From IMG/VR virus record IMGVR_UViG_3300032241_000435, positions 1-53,123 of that record: DNA of 53,123 nt. The stretch is one strand, 5' to 3'. The notes under the pieces were generated by a model. The model worked only from the letters and a program-made list of their open reading frames with translations, had not been told where the DNA came from and made no database searches. Positions 27,830 through 37,311 of the stretch are shown in pieces. Made by a program: the position numbers and the translations under genes. Numbering within the stretch: the stretch's first letter is position 1; every line of letters begins with the position of its first letter. The stretch comes from a virus. Lineage: Duplodnaviria; Caudoviricetes.

Positions 27830-28482
27830 TACCGTTTATCCTTGTAGAACTTACAGTTTTTGACTGGACACCATCCATTGCACAAACCTGATGGGCGCTC
27901 AATCCATTTATCTTTCTCGTAAGCTGTTTCTAATTTAGATACACGACCTACAAACTCACGCCAAATGATTGGTATCTCCTTGCGGTTAAATAGCTTGGTG
28001 TCAATCTTCTTTTCTTTAAGCCACACGAACCCTGTTGATACGTACTCCACATCGGGATAAGCGGCAAACGCATATCCTGCGTATAACATGAGTTGCTCCG
28101 TTGGTTTACGCTTACCTGTTTTGTAGTCGAGAATTGCAACGCTGTTATCACATTTAACCACCAGATCAGCAATGCCACGACTCCAAGCAGTGCTCCAATC
28201 AGTAGCTTGGAAGTTTTTATCCACAGCCATTTTAATTTCTGCATACTTTTCACCTTTGAGGTTTTCTATTTTTGTAGCCATTGGCTCCCATTGATCCATG
28301 CCTTCGGGCAATGGTGTCTTTTCAAGGATACGATGCTCAAACGCAGTATGAACTTTCTCGCCCCATATGGTGTGCTCAGTCGGTGGCTCTTTCCAATCCT
28401 TCTTGACTCGGACATGGTAGAACTGTTTGGGGCACGTCTCGAACTTATCGAGTTGCGAATAAGTCCATGCAGGTATGGTCAT
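27829..28482 (-). CDS. PD-(D/E)xK exonuclease
   Basis: YSQLDKFETCP, G.KVH, GIADL, DYKTGK, QLMLYA, C-terminal Cys cluster. Confidence 0.88.
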   Translation of the reverse strand: MTIPAWTYSQLDKFETCPKQFYHVRVKKDWKEPPTEHTIWGEKVHTAFEHRILEKTPLPEGMDQWEPMATKIENLKGEKYAEIKMAVDKNFQATDWSTAWSRGIADLVVKCDNSVAILDYKTGKRKPTEQLMLYAGYAFAAYPDVEYVSTGFVWLKEKKIDTKLFNRKEIPIIWREFVGRVSKLETAYEKDKWIERPSGLCNGWCPVKNCKFYKDKR

Positions 28483-28952
28483 GCTTTCTCCACGATTGGT
28501 CTAGCTTGTTTGCTTCTGATACAGTCGTGCACATAGTTAGTAGCTAGCTCAATGTCTTTAACTGTTGATGCTTCGAGTTGAGCATCGTGTAACTCCATGA
28601 CAAAGTTAATCGCTTTAAGCTCAGGGCCTTTGACGATGAATCGATATCCAAGTTCAACACCACGTTTAGCACACTCCCACAATGCGTCTTGTGCTTCTTT
28701 GATTTCAGCCTTGTACTCCTCACCGATCTTCTGTCTTGCTAACGCTTCGGTAATGTTAAAAGCACTAATCAAAGTGTCGATATCTTCTTTGGTAGCTTGT
28801 CCCAGTCGCAAAGCCTCAAGCGCCAAATGATTCTTCAGTTGGAGAGCTACGAGTTTGTCTTTTAAACTGGTCATGGTCAGCATACCCGACATAACATATG
28901 CCATGTTGTCAGCACGAACAATTTTTGGTCTGTACTTGGATCGTTTTCTCAT
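28479..28952 (-). CDS. hypothetical protein
   Basis: 157-aa ORF, ATGA-coupled. Confidence 0.8.
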   Translation of the reverse strand: MRKRSKYRPKIVRADNMAYVMSGMLTMTSLKDKLVALQLKNHLALEALRLGQATKEDIDTLISAFNITEALARQKIGEEYKAEIKEAQDALWECAKRGVELGYRFIVKGPELKAINFVMELHDAQLEASTVKDIELATNYVHDCIRSKQARPIVEKA

Positions 28953-29122
28953 CGCTTCATGTTCCTAACAAAAGCCGCAAAGCTTTGTGATGTATCTCCA
29001 AAGTTTTTAAGTTTATCGAACTCCAACGCAACTTCATCCAATGTGCGATTGCGAATTACGTTCACAAACCTCTCGTGTTCTTCAACTGATTTTTCATCAG
29101 CAACTTGTTCTTCTTCGTTCAT
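28949..29122 (-). CDS. hypothetical protein (57 aa), not in ORF track
   Basis: MNEEEQVADEK...RNRTLDEVALEFDKLKNFGDTSQSFAAFVRNMKR; ATGA overlaps at both ends. Confidence 0.78.
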   Translation of the reverse strand: MNEEEQVADEKSVEEHERFVNVIRNRTLDEVALEFDKLKNFGDTSQSFAAFVRNMKR

Positions 29123-30981
29123 TTACACTCCGCATAGTTAATTCCAGACGCAGCTTCACAACTCAGAGGCAAAGTCGAACACCACTTGGGAGTCTTCTTC
29201 ATCTCAGATAGCATAAAAGTCGTAGCCCACTCCTCTTCGGATTTCGGTACGACACACACAACTTCGTCATGTACTGTCAATGCTACTCTAAATCTTTGAT
29301 CTGCGCTATCTCTTTTACGCATTTCTTGATCTATTTTTGCCATCTGATCGAACACAACAATACGTGCCAAGGCTTGCACAATGTTCTCTGCAAACTTACC
29401 GCCATATAGTTTGACTGGCCCATACCTACCTGCATAACTATATCCATCTTGTCCTTTGTGTAGATTGGGGTATCTCAGCATAGTTCCATTAGGTAAAACC
29501 ACACCCTCTGAATTAAATTCGAGTAAGTCGCCAAGGCTATCTTCACGACCTGTTGCCATCACATTCAAGTATTTATCTAGTGAACCCCACAAACCCACAA
29601 TATCTTCGTACTGTGCACGATAGAGAGAAACTATTCGTTTTGCTTCATCGATAGGAATTTCTAATTTGATTCCACCCATACCGATCTTGAGAGTGTTCTT
29701 GAACTTCTCAGCACCCATGCCGTAGCCAAGTCCTAGAATACAAGTCTTGCCTACAAACCGTTCAACCTTGTCAGCTTTAGTGACTGGCTTGCCATACACA
29801 CTCGTTGCGAACTTGGAATAGATGTCAACGTTCTGTGCAAAGTCCTCGATTAAATCGTCTTGTCCTGCTAGCCATGCGACCACACGAGCTTCGATTTGCG
29901 CAGAGTCACAAGCAACTACCACGTGCTCTTTTGGAACCGTGATGGCCTTTCTAAGAGCTCCGCCACGAGGTAAGTTTTGGAGATTCATCTTGTCCCCACC
30001 GCTAGCTCTGCCTGTGTGCGCTCCCCAGTAATTGAGAAGGATGGGCAACTTGCCACGCTCGGCTATACCGATGAAGGACTCTGTTCGGGTTTCCTCTAGT
30101 GTAGATTTGATACCAAGTCGTGCACTAACTACAGCTTGAACCATGGGATTCTCGTGCTCAAGCAAAGCATTGAACTCATGGTCAGTCTTACTGAACGCAT
30201 ACGTCTCTTTGGTTGTACGCAAAGATGTCTTCATTGGAGGATCAATACCTAGCTTGGTCAGAACCTCAGCGAACTTGGGGTTAGATAATAGATTCTCACG
30301 ACCGATAGACTTGTCAATACGATCCATGAGGATGGTCTTCTTCGCTTGCACGTTCGCCAAATGGTCAGCCAATACGTCCCTGTCAAGCTCCAAGACTGGA
30401 TCAATAAACATACGCAACATCAAGTCTTGTATGTATATCTCTCTTGCAGGGTTATGGGGTTTGAGGATGTGATACAACTGATACGTGATCTCGGTATCGT
30501 TCTTGCAGTACTCTCCGTATTGAGCAAGCTCGGATGGTGTAAAGTCAGCTCGTCTCTTCCCCAGGGCCGCCACGACTTCAGTACCTTTCTGTCCGATGTT
30601 GTACAGCTTAGCTAAAGCGGCTAATGAACCGCCCACAGTCAAACCCGTGATAGGTCTTGCCATTGACAATGTATCTAAATAATACTTTGGTTTGATGCCA
30701 AAGTGCCAGTTAAGGATGGCCCCGTCAAATGCAGTGTTATGACAAAGCAAATAACAGTTGTGGATTTGAAGGCTAAGTAGAGCTTGCTGCAGCTCGGCGT
30801 GACTTCCACTTACCCACTTTGCCGATCCATCGTTGACTTTAAAGCTGAATCCGATCACCTCGAACTGAGGATCACGTATGTATGCTTCTGTTGTTAGCTT
30901 CTTCAGACCGTAATCTTTAGAGTAGTAGGTTTCAAAGTCAAGGGTTATTATGTTGTTCATGTGTTTAAGATTAGAATTCAT
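29119..30981 (-). CDS. DNA polymerase family A with 3'-5' exonuclease (start 30981 or 30960)
   Basis: LDFETYY, HNTAFD, DSAQIEAR, RFVGKTCILGLGYG, TVHDE. Confidence 0.95.
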   Translation of the reverse strand: MNSNLKHMNNIITLDFETYYSKDYGLKKLTTEAYIRDPQFEVIGFSFKVNDGSAKWVSGSHAELQQALLSLQIHNCYLLCHNTAFDGAILNWHFGIKPKYYLDTLSMARPITGLTVGGSLAALAKLYNIGQKGTEVVAALGKRRADFTPSELAQYGEYCKNDTEITYQLYHILKPHNPAREIYIQDLMLRMFIDPVLELDRDVLADHLANVQAKKTILMDRIDKSIGRENLLSNPKFAEVLTKLGIDPPMKTSLRTTKETYAFSKTDHEFNALLEHENPMVQAVVSARLGIKSTLEETRTESFIGIAERGKLPILLNYWGAHTGRASGGDKMNLQNLPRGGALRKAITVPKEHVVVACDSAQIEARVVAWLAGQDDLIEDFAQNVDIYSKFATSVYGKPVTKADKVERFVGKTCILGLGYGMGAEKFKNTLKIGMGGIKLEIPIDEAKRIVSLYRAQYEDIVGLWGSLDKYLNVMATGREDSLGDLLEFNSEGVVLPNGTMLRYPNLHKGQDGYSYAGRYGPVKLYGGKFAENIVQALARIVVFDQMAKIDQEMRKRDSADQRFRVALTVHDEVVCVVPKSEEEWATTFMLSEMKKTPKWCSTLPLSCEAASGINYAECK

Positions 30982-31071
30982 TGGGGGGTTAACAAGGCAC
31001 TTCAGGATGTCGTACGTAGGGAATTTTCCTTGTTTCTGCCCTACCTAGTTGAACGACCGAATGAACTCCCA
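30982..31071 (-). ncRNA. structured RNA with potential pseudoknot upstream of polymerase
   Basis: Nested stems GGGAGUU/AACCCCC, GUCGU/ACGAC, GUAGGG/CCCUAC; loop ACAAGG complementary to downstream CCUUGU. Confidence 0.5.
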
Positions 31072-31260
31072 TTATTCATATGGCTCGATTATCACTTTAA
31101 CTTTGACAACTTTGTACATAGTCTTGCGATCCATGAGTAGCGCTTCTTCTGCGCTTTTCTTTCGTTTAAAGAGTAAGTAAGGTGCATCATCTATAAAAGG
31201 TTTCACATATTGCCCACCTTTCTTTACGATAGCAAACCTGTTGGTACTGATTCGTTTCAT
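31072..31260 (-). CDS. hypothetical protein
   Basis: 62-aa ORF coupled to upstream gene. Confidence 0.65.
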   Translation of the reverse strand: MKRISTNRFAIVKKGGQYVKPFIDDAPYLLFKRKKSAEEALLMDRKTMYKVVKVKVIIEPYE

Positions 31261-31397
31261 AGTAATGCGTCTCCTGCATCTTCAAGTGTTTGTTGTTTAT
31301 CCCTTCGTTGGATTTCTTCCAGTATCTTTGGATCGACTCTATCGAAAGGCCACCATTGGTTAGCCTGTATCTTGGCTATGATTTCTTCAGTACCCAT
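31257..31397 (-). CDS. hypothetical protein (46 aa), not in ORF track
   Basis: AAGGAG RBS; MGTEEIIAKIQANQWWPFDRVDPKILEE...DAGDALL. Confidence 0.72.
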   Translation of the reverse strand: MGTEEIIAKIQANQWWPFDRVDPKILEEIQRRDKQQTLEDAGDALL

Positions 31398-31650
31398 TCT
31401 TCTCCTTCAAAGGGTGGGTGTAAAGAGGTACTGTATAGCTACCTTCTTCACGCTCATGTTCGTCAGGGCAAATTACATCAAGGATAACTCCGTCTTTTTC
31501 CATGCCCCACGCTACAGGCTCATCTTTTGTTTCTAATGCTTTTTCTGCTACCAGTTTGGCAAACAACTCCATCTCTTCATAAAACTCAACAACAAACTCT
31601 TCGTTCAAGCCAGTTGTTTTTAAACAGTCAATGATCTCTTCTTCAGTCAT
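31387..31650 (-). CDS. hypothetical protein
   Basis: GGAGG RBS; EPVAW...PLYTHP pattern common in phage early genes. Confidence 0.75.
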   Translation of the reverse strand: MTEEEIIDCLKTTGLNEEFVVEFYEEMELFAKLVAEKALETKDEPVAWGMEKDGVILDVICPDEHEREEGSYTVPLYTHPLKEKNGY

Positions 31651-31826
31651 GTTACATCCTCCCAAATCCAGCCCAACAACTCTGTTGTGTTTTTGATTTG
31701 TTCATTAGTAGGCTTTTGAAACATTGCAAATTTTGTCGCTGGTGAACTACCATACAAACACCAATAGCCAACTGGGTCAGGAGGTTTGTAAAAAGTAATT
31801 TTTGTTTGTTCAAAATTATCAGTCAT
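31647..31826 (-). CDS. hypothetical protein
   Basis: AAGGAG RBS before ATG 31826. Confidence 0.7.
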   Translation of the reverse strand: MTDNFEQTKITFYKPPDPVGYWCLYGSSPATKFAMFQKPTNEQIKNTTELLGWIWEDVT

Positions 31827-31828
31827 GC

Positions 31829-31930
31829 TTACTCCTTGCACTTATGTGTTGGAAATATTCTTCCTAACCATCCAATTCGCTCTCCACATTTTTGGCAACA
31901 ATAAGATGGATATTTAGTTTTATCAATCAT
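31829..31930 (-). CDS. 33-aa Cys/His zinc-finger-like peptide, not in ORF track
   Basis: MIDKTKYPSYCCQKCGERIGWLGRIFPTHKCKE; ATGA overlap. Confidence 0.6.
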   Translation of the reverse strand: MIDKTKYPSYCCQKCGERIGWLGRIFPTHKCKE

Positions 31931-32130
31931 TTCAATGGCCTCCATTGTGTTTTCGGTACGTTCGCATACTTCATGTAGAAGTCGATCAAGAAATCAAACG
32001 TTTGTACATAAGTCATTACAACTCCAGTATCTTCTTTGATTTTCTCTCTGATCCTATCGATCTCAGGCTTGACATCCACAGTTACTCTCTTGTTTCGTAT
32101 GCGTTTAAGTTTCACAACTTTGTCAGTCAT
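31927..32130 (-). CDS. hypothetical protein, possible RHH-like DNA binder
   Basis: GGAG RBS; strand-helix-helix pattern. Confidence 0.65.
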   Translation of the reverse strand: MTDKVVKLKRIRNKRVTVDVKPEIDRIREKIKEDTGVVMTYVQTFDFLIDFYMKYANVPKTQWRPLK

Positions 32131-32365
32131 ACTTTGCTCCAACTGCGAGCATGATTCCATAGGCCGATGTGCAGACAAGGCACATTAGGGCGAACATGAA
32201 ATAAACAAGGGTGATGAAATCAAAATAGTAGTAAGTCATATAACTTCTTCTTTCTCCAAGGAGGACATCTTGTACCCAGTCTTGGTCAGGGTTGTAGTAT
32301 TTATACCGAGGCTCTTGGTAGAGCAAACCAATCTTGACCTTGCCTGTGTCATACACGTTCTTCAT
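32123..32365 (-). CDS. hypothetical membrane protein
   Basis: GGAG RBS; TGKVKIGLLY; hydrophobic C-terminus. Confidence 0.72.
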   Translation of the reverse strand: MKNVYDTGKVKIGLLYQEPRYKYYNPDQDWVQDVLLGERRSYMTYYYFDFITLVYFMFALMCLVCTSAYGIMLAVGAKYD

Positions 32366-32751
32366 TTTTTCTCCAATACGTGTTTAACCATCTCGGTTGT
32401 AAATAAGTCTTTAAGTTCTTCGATGTTGCTTGCAATGTAGGTCTTACCTAACACTTGCATGGTGTAACCGTTGGCTACTTTACGCACACTAAAGTCCAAG
32501 TCTGAGTGGTGATAGTCCATGGTGTTGGGGTTGTAGATAGCCGTTGTTCCAAACGTACCTCCGTTGATGGCTTGTGCTAACGCACCTGACATCTCACTTT
32601 GTTGGGCGGCCCACGCTCCTGCGCTTGTTTGACCCGACTGGCCTGCCACGTTTTGGAATGGGCTTTGGCTCGGGTTCGAGTTGGATATGATTGCGTGAAG
32701 CAAGGTGCTCAGATAATTTTTCGCCATAGTGTAGTGCTTTGTTAACGTCAT
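32362..32751 (-). CDS. hypothetical protein (start uncertain)
   Basis: C-terminal VRKVANGY...YIASNIEEL domain; 5' part overlaps DUF3310 gene. Confidence 0.6.
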   Translation of the reverse strand: MTLTKHYTMAKNYLSTLLHAIISNSNPSQSPFQNVAGQSGQTSAGAWAAQQSEMSGALAQAINGGTFGTTAIYNPNTMDYHHSDLDFSVRKVANGYTMQVLGKTYIASNIEELKDLFTTEMVKHVLEKK

Positions 32752-32929
32752 TGATTCCCCCTTTATCTGTGTATCTAGCTAAATACTTAATTGCGTTTCC
32801 TCGTAAAAAACCCTCGAATTGTTCGGGGCTCATCCACGCTTCCATGGCCTCCCATGGTTGTACTTTCTTGTTTACGTAATGGCTTCCGCCCACTTGCTTC
32901 TGATTCGTGATAGGTAATTTTGCTTTCAT
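32594..32929 (-). CDS. DUF3310 family protein (T7 gp1.7-related, putative nucleotide kinase)
   Basis: QVGGSHY...QPWE...GFLRGNAIKYLARY..KGG..D..KA.HY. Confidence 0.85.
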   Translation of the reverse strand: MKAKLPITNQKQVGGSHYVNKKVQPWEAMEAWMSPEQFEGFLRGNAIKYLARYTDKGGINDVNKALHYGEKLSEHLASRNHIQLEPEPKPIPKRGRPVGSNKRRSVGRPTK

Positions 32930-33023
32930 ATTTTCTTTCGTTAGGATCGATGCCCATGTGGAGCATCAGTTGTACAAGTCTTGACTCGATGCGTGCCAAG
33001 CGTTTTTCAATATCGTTGTTCAT
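32787..33023 (-). CDS. hypothetical protein
   Basis: RLARIESRLVQLMLHMG coiled coil; ATGA coupling. Confidence 0.6.
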   Translation of the reverse strand: MNNDIEKRLARIESRLVQLMLHMGIDPNERKYESKITYHESEASGRKPLRKQESTTMGGHGSVDEPRTIRGFFTRKRN

Positions 33024-33676
33024 GATCCTGCACCTGAGAATCTAGCGCCAACGTATGCAGATACAGCCAAGTCTGTATCGATGCTCTTCAAAGCCTCAAG
33101 TGCTTTAGACTCAGCGGCTTTCTTTTTCTTAGCTTTATCTCCAAGTCTATCCATATAGTCCTCGTTGATATACAGTGCAACATCAGGCCATAGCTTGATC
33201 GCCTCGTTCAATGACTTACAGCTTTCAAGAAACTCAACCACTTGGGTTTCTACTTTATCCCACTTAGTTGTTATCGCTTGTAGCTTACGTTTGTATTCGA
33301 TGTATGGTGCGAACACTGGTAGGTTCGTGTCCTTGGCAACTATGTTCATATAGTTTTCACGATACCCATATTGGCAGTCCTTGATATGAGGACATTCAAA
33401 TTGTTTGTTGTCTGTATTCCTAAAGCTAAAGTGCAGCCTACCTCCATCTACGGGAAGTATTACGTGGACAGTATCAGCCATAAACTTCCATTCAGATGGA
33501 ATCTTATTTTTAAGTTCGATATGTTCACCCCACAACAAACCCATCAATGTTGGATCGTTTAAATCAACACGGACTATATCTGGTACTGCCTCGATACTTC
33601 CAATGTCTTTAGATCGAAGGGTTTCGATTCTGTTTTTAACTGTTCCAATTAAGTCTTTTGAAATTGCTACGTACAT
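33020..33676 (-). CDS. hypothetical protein, possibly Nmad5-like
   Basis: FLESCKSLNEAIKLWP motif; AAGGA RBS; family call tentative. Confidence 0.6.
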   Translation of the reverse strand: MYVAISKDLIGTVKNRIETLRSKDIGSIEAVPDIVRVDLNDPTLMGLLWGEHIELKNKIPSEWKFMADTVHVILPVDGGRLHFSFRNTDNKQFECPHIKDCQYGYRENYMNIVAKDTNLPVFAPYIEYKRKLQAITTKWDKVETQVVEFLESCKSLNEAIKLWPDVALYINEDYMDRLGDKAKKKKAAESKALEALKSIDTDLAVSAYVGARFSGAGS

Positions 33677-33686
33677 TTTGTTTTCC

Positions 33687-34511
33687 TTAGTAAGTTAATT
33701 CAACACGCTCAAAGCCATCGTGAGTTCTGTAATACGCTTGACGTACTAACTGCATCGCTTTGGCTACTGCTTTTGCTCTTGTCTGCATCATCTCTTGCTC
33801 ACTTGCACGACTCCACATACCAACTTTTAACAAACCTGCTAGATATACGGTTGTAATATCTTTGGGTTCAATGTGCTCGGGTCGCATTGCAATGGCATCA
33901 AGATCACTGTCTGTGGGTCTTTCCTCAAAGTTCCATTTGTAATCTATTTTTTTATAACTGTTGTACCCTCCTAGTTTGTTAGTGATTGCCATTGTGTCGA
34001 ACACTTCTTTGAGTGCTTTCCTTGCCTCATTGATAAGTGGTTTCTTAATCAATATTTTGGCATCCGCTATTGGATTCAGTATCTTTGATGGAATTCCATT
34101 GTCTCCCATTTGAAACTGCAAACCCACATGACATGGTATGGTTGATCCGTACTTAGCATCCAATCCAAATCGACCAGCCTCATTTCTATAACTCCATGTG
34201 CTGATTCTCACAGGGCTTTCTTTAGTCTTGTGTCTTGATACGTCTTGGTAGACTGTTGCATGAAGAATCCACGTTAGGCGGTTGCGTATTGTTATATCGT
34301 CTTTACCGTCTGTCAATAAGGTAAGTACGTTTTCTCGATTGATTTTACAAATCGGAATTGGTTTGGTATAGCCTACGTATATCAAGTGATACTCATCTTC
34401 CTCTTTTTTGTGGATTAGATGGCAACCTCGCATGACGGCTTTGAAATCTCTACCTTTGGCTCTGCGGTTGAATGCGCTTTGGCAGTTTCTGTAATTTAAA
34501 TATGTGTGCAT
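33687..34511 (-). CDS. hypothetical protein
   Basis: 274-aa ORF, GAGGA RBS. Confidence 0.8.
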   Translation of the reverse strand: MHTYLNYRNCQSAFNRRAKGRDFKAVMRGCHLIHKKEEDEYHLIYVGYTKPIPICKINRENVLTLLTDGKDDITIRNRLTWILHATVYQDVSRHKTKESPVRISTWSYRNEAGRFGLDAKYGSTIPCHVGLQFQMGDNGIPSKILNPIADAKILIKKPLINEARKALKEVFDTMAITNKLGGYNSYKKIDYKWNFEERPTDSDLDAIAMRPEHIEPKDITTVYLAGLLKVGMWSRASEQEMMQTRAKAVAKAMQLVRQAYYRTHDGFERVELTY

Positions 34512-34518
34512 GTTTTCC

Positions 34519-34779
34519 TCATTTAGTTAGTGATACGACTGCTACTGCCCACGCTTGGGCTTCCTCCAATGTCTTAAACTGGTTTCCATTAAGATCAAAG
34601 GTATCTGTGAAGATAGTTACTTTCCATTTATACGGCTCTGCGTAATCCTCCCTGCTTACACGAGCAACTGTTGAATTAAAAACTTGGACTGGGTTTTCAA
34701 CTTGAAGAAGGTACACTTCTTTCGATCTGTACCCTCCGTCATACTGAAGTTGGCTATTGGTAACTTGAACCCATTTCAT
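34519..34779 (-). CDS. hypothetical protein
   Basis: 86-aa ORF, ATGA-coupled. Confidence 0.7.
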   Translation of the reverse strand: MKWVQVTNSQLQYDGGYRSKEVYLLQVENPVQVFNSTVARVSREDYAEPYKWKVTIFTDTFDLNGNQFKTLEEAQAWAVAVVSLTK

Positions 34780-35924
34780 GCTAGCTCGAAGTGCACATTC
34801 TCGCCATGTGTTGCTACCACATCGCTACTGATACACCACACGATAGGATAATCTTGAGCCTCACCGAAGTCGGTATAGCCGTCAGTTAAAACTACCATCA
34901 CGTCAGGGCTTATGCCATTTTGTGATAGGTAATCAAAGCCAGCTGGCATATGAGTTCCACCACCTGAGAAGAATGTAAGACCAAACTCCTCGCCATGTTC
35001 AAACTCATCGTGACGTTGTACGTCTGTGTCTACATACAATACATGGACTTTATCGGGAGCACACATTTCGATGATACGCTTGAGGTGTCCGTTGTAATGA
35101 TCCAGTTCTTGCTTGCTGATGGAACCAGATACATCGACTTGCACAACAAGTTCTCCCATCTTGGGTAGCTTATCCACGCTAGGCAGATACACATCCTGAT
35201 GCCTGCGGTTAGGACGTTTCCACGTTTGATTCTGTCTAACTTGAGCTACCATGTGTTTCTCAAGTATGTCATACCATGGAGTCTTGACGTCAAGGATATC
35301 GGCTACCATATCCTGTAAGCTACCTGATAACTTACCACGCATCTTGGCAGTCTGCGCAGCCTCAGCGATCTCTACTTTCATCTTACCCTCGATCTCACGT
35401 TGCTCGTCTTTGGTCAGTGGTCTATTGCCTGTACCATCTTCACCACCATCACCCTCGATGATATCCTCGCCTAGCCCATCACCATCCATTGGATTATTGT
35501 TAGGCTTACCGCTACCGCCACCATTGTCGGGTAGATTGTTATAGATGTTATCGACTGTATCGTCCTTGCTACCCTTCATGTCTACACACTTGGGGATACG
35601 TTGTCCAATACCTGCATCGTCAAGAGTATCATTGATCCATGCGTCACCTGCATAGTTCCACTTACGTTGATTCCTACCGCCCAGTCTATTAGCGTGTTGA
35701 CCTACCACGTGCATGACCTCATGACACAAACCCCACACGAGTTGAGGTACTGGTAAGCTCTCAGTGAACTCAGGGTTATAGAAGATCGTACCCTTGCCAT
35801 CGACCCCTAGCGTTGGTACTTCCTTGGTACTTACTAGCTTGCGTCTTAACAGTATCGATGCAAAGAACGGATGATCTAACACGATCTGCGTCACTGCTTT
35901 CTCTATCTTAGTTGGTTGCGCCAT
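34776..35924 (-). CDS. DUF2201-type metallopeptidase plus VWA-domain protein
   Basis: HEVMH zincin motif; MIDAS DVSGS, GGGT, TDG; AAGGAG before ATG 35924. Confidence 0.88.
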   Translation of the reverse strand: MAQPTKIEKAVTQIVLDHPFFASILLRRKLVSTKEVPTLGVDGKGTIFYNPEFTESLPVPQLVWGLCHEVMHVVGQHANRLGGRNQRKWNYAGDAWINDTLDDAGIGQRIPKCVDMKGSKDDTVDNIYNNLPDNGGGSGKPNNNPMDGDGLGEDIIEGDGGEDGTGNRPLTKDEQREIEGKMKVEIAEAAQTAKMRGKLSGSLQDMVADILDVKTPWYDILEKHMVAQVRQNQTWKRPNRRHQDVYLPSVDKLPKMGELVVQVDVSGSISKQELDHYNGHLKRIIEMCAPDKVHVLYVDTDVQRHDEFEHGEEFGLTFFSGGGTHMPAGFDYLSQNGISPDVMVVLTDGYTDFGEAQDYPIVWCISSDVVATHGENVHFELA

Positions 35925-36147
35925 TTGTTTTCTCCTTTTTGATAATAGTAAAACCATCTTCAGTTACGATTGCCTCGGCCTCACCTTCAGCGATCGCTTG
36001 CATCGCTCGGCATATGGCTTTTAGCTCGTAGTCTTTCTTTTCTATCTCTGCTTTGTAGTTGCGTTTATCTAGTATGCTACCGACAATCATCAGTACCACG
36101 GCTACCATCAGCAAAAACTCCACCACACTTATTTCAATTGTTCCCAT
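35908..36147 (-). CDS. small membrane protein
   Basis: N-terminal hydrophobic helix. Confidence 0.65.
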   Translation of the reverse strand: MGTIEISVVEFLLMVAVVLMIVGSILDKRNYKAEIEKKDYELKAICRAMQAIAEGEAEAIVTEDGFTIIKKEKTNGATN

Positions 36148-37039
36148 ACATAAACCCCATTTGTTTTGCTATCTCGTCTAACTTCTTAGCAGTATTCTCA
36201 CGAACGATTGGAGACTCTCGTAAGACTGCGCCATTGTCTTTGAATATACTGATCGCTCGTTGGATCGTGTCTGCCATCTGCTCGATCTCTGGATCGTCCT
36301 CCATGTTCAACTTCCTAGCCATTTCAATACCCTCGATGATGTTCTCGATTGCACTATCTCTAAAGATCGCACCTTCAGTACCTATGGGTTTATTTAACTT
36401 CTCAATTAAGTGACCCAAAGGTTGCATCATCTTCTTAATGACCTCAGCCCTTGCGCTCCGCTGTACTTCCTCCATGGTTTGGTTAAATGCCTCCATGTCT
36501 GCATCGCTAATGTCAAACAAGAAGTGCTTGGACTCAGGTAGTGGACTGAATCGAATATCGTGACCCATGCCACGCTCAAACACCTCAGCCGTTGGATAGT
36601 CATCGATACTTGGTGCTATATAGCGAGTAGGTTTAGCTTTGCCTGAATCCTGGGCTATGCGAGATTGCACATCAAGCTGTACATACTTGTCATAGTTAGG
36701 CATATGCAAGGCCATCATGTTATCCACCTCTTGAATGATGTTGCGCATATTGGTTGTGTACTCAAAGTATCTTGCGTTGGGCAAGAGCCTTGGGCCTTTG
36801 TCAATATATGCGAGCGTGTTCTTTTTATGATAGGTATACACTTCACCCGCCTTGCTCATGATCTGATTGATCGGGTTCAATGGATCACGAAACAACTTCT
36901 TATTGACGATGAATGCAGTGTCACCTAGCTCGGCTTGTAGATATTCCTCTGCCATCATGTCACGCTTGGTTAGGTTCGCTCTGCGTGTTGTGAGCTTGAC
37001 TAGCATTGCCTTGCTAGATAATGTCTTGAGTTGCATCAT
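36134..37039 (-). CDS. helical protein, DUF3150-like
   Basis: KKLF, GPRLLP, DYPT pattern; lies between AAA ATPase and VWA gene. Confidence 0.6.
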   Translation of the reverse strand: MMQLKTLSSKAMLVKLTTRRANLTKRDMMAEEYLQAELGDTAFIVNKKLFRDPLNPINQIMSKAGEVYTYHKKNTLAYIDKGPRLLPNARYFEYTTNMRNIIQEVDNMMALHMPNYDKYVQLDVQSRIAQDSGKAKPTRYIAPSIDDYPTAEVFERGMGHDIRFSPLPESKHFLFDISDADMEAFNQTMEEVQRSARAEVIKKMMQPLGHLIEKLNKPIGTEGAIFRDSAIENIIEGIEMARKLNMEDDPEIEQMADTIQRAISIFKDNGAVLRESPIVRENTAKKLDEIAKQMGFMYGNN

Positions 37040-37261
37040 TTAAATCTCCAATTGAGTTAGTCCGTTGATTACCTTCTTACCTTGAATGTCTTTGAGCATT
37101 CGCTCTAAACATTCGATTAAACCTTCTACTGATTCACATCCTGTACAGATGTTGGTGTACCCTGTTATTGTTTTTTTCTCGTAATACACCTCCTTGATCT
37201 CAAACCATGGATCACCACCATTCTCATGGCTCATGTCTACTATTCTGTGATTCCAATGCAT
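37040..37261 (-). CDS. hypothetical protein
   Basis: AAGGAGG RBS; WNHRIV...IKEVYY motif. Confidence 0.78.
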   Translation of the reverse strand: MHWNHRIVDMSHENGGDPWFEIKEVYYEKKTITGYTNICTGCESVEGLIECLERMLKDIQGKKVINGLTQLEI

Positions 37262-37311
37262 ACTTCCTCCTTAGTTAGTTAATAGGTAGGGGTCTGTGCC
37301 CCTATTCATCA

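Noticed and set aside
27829-28482. CRISPR-associated Cas4
   Set aside because: No cas genes or array; ordinary replication-module PD-(D/E)xK nuclease.
30982-31071. Canonical hammerhead ribozyme (CUGAAG and GAAAC present)
   Set aside because: Core is not CUGANGA and stems I and III cannot be formed properly.
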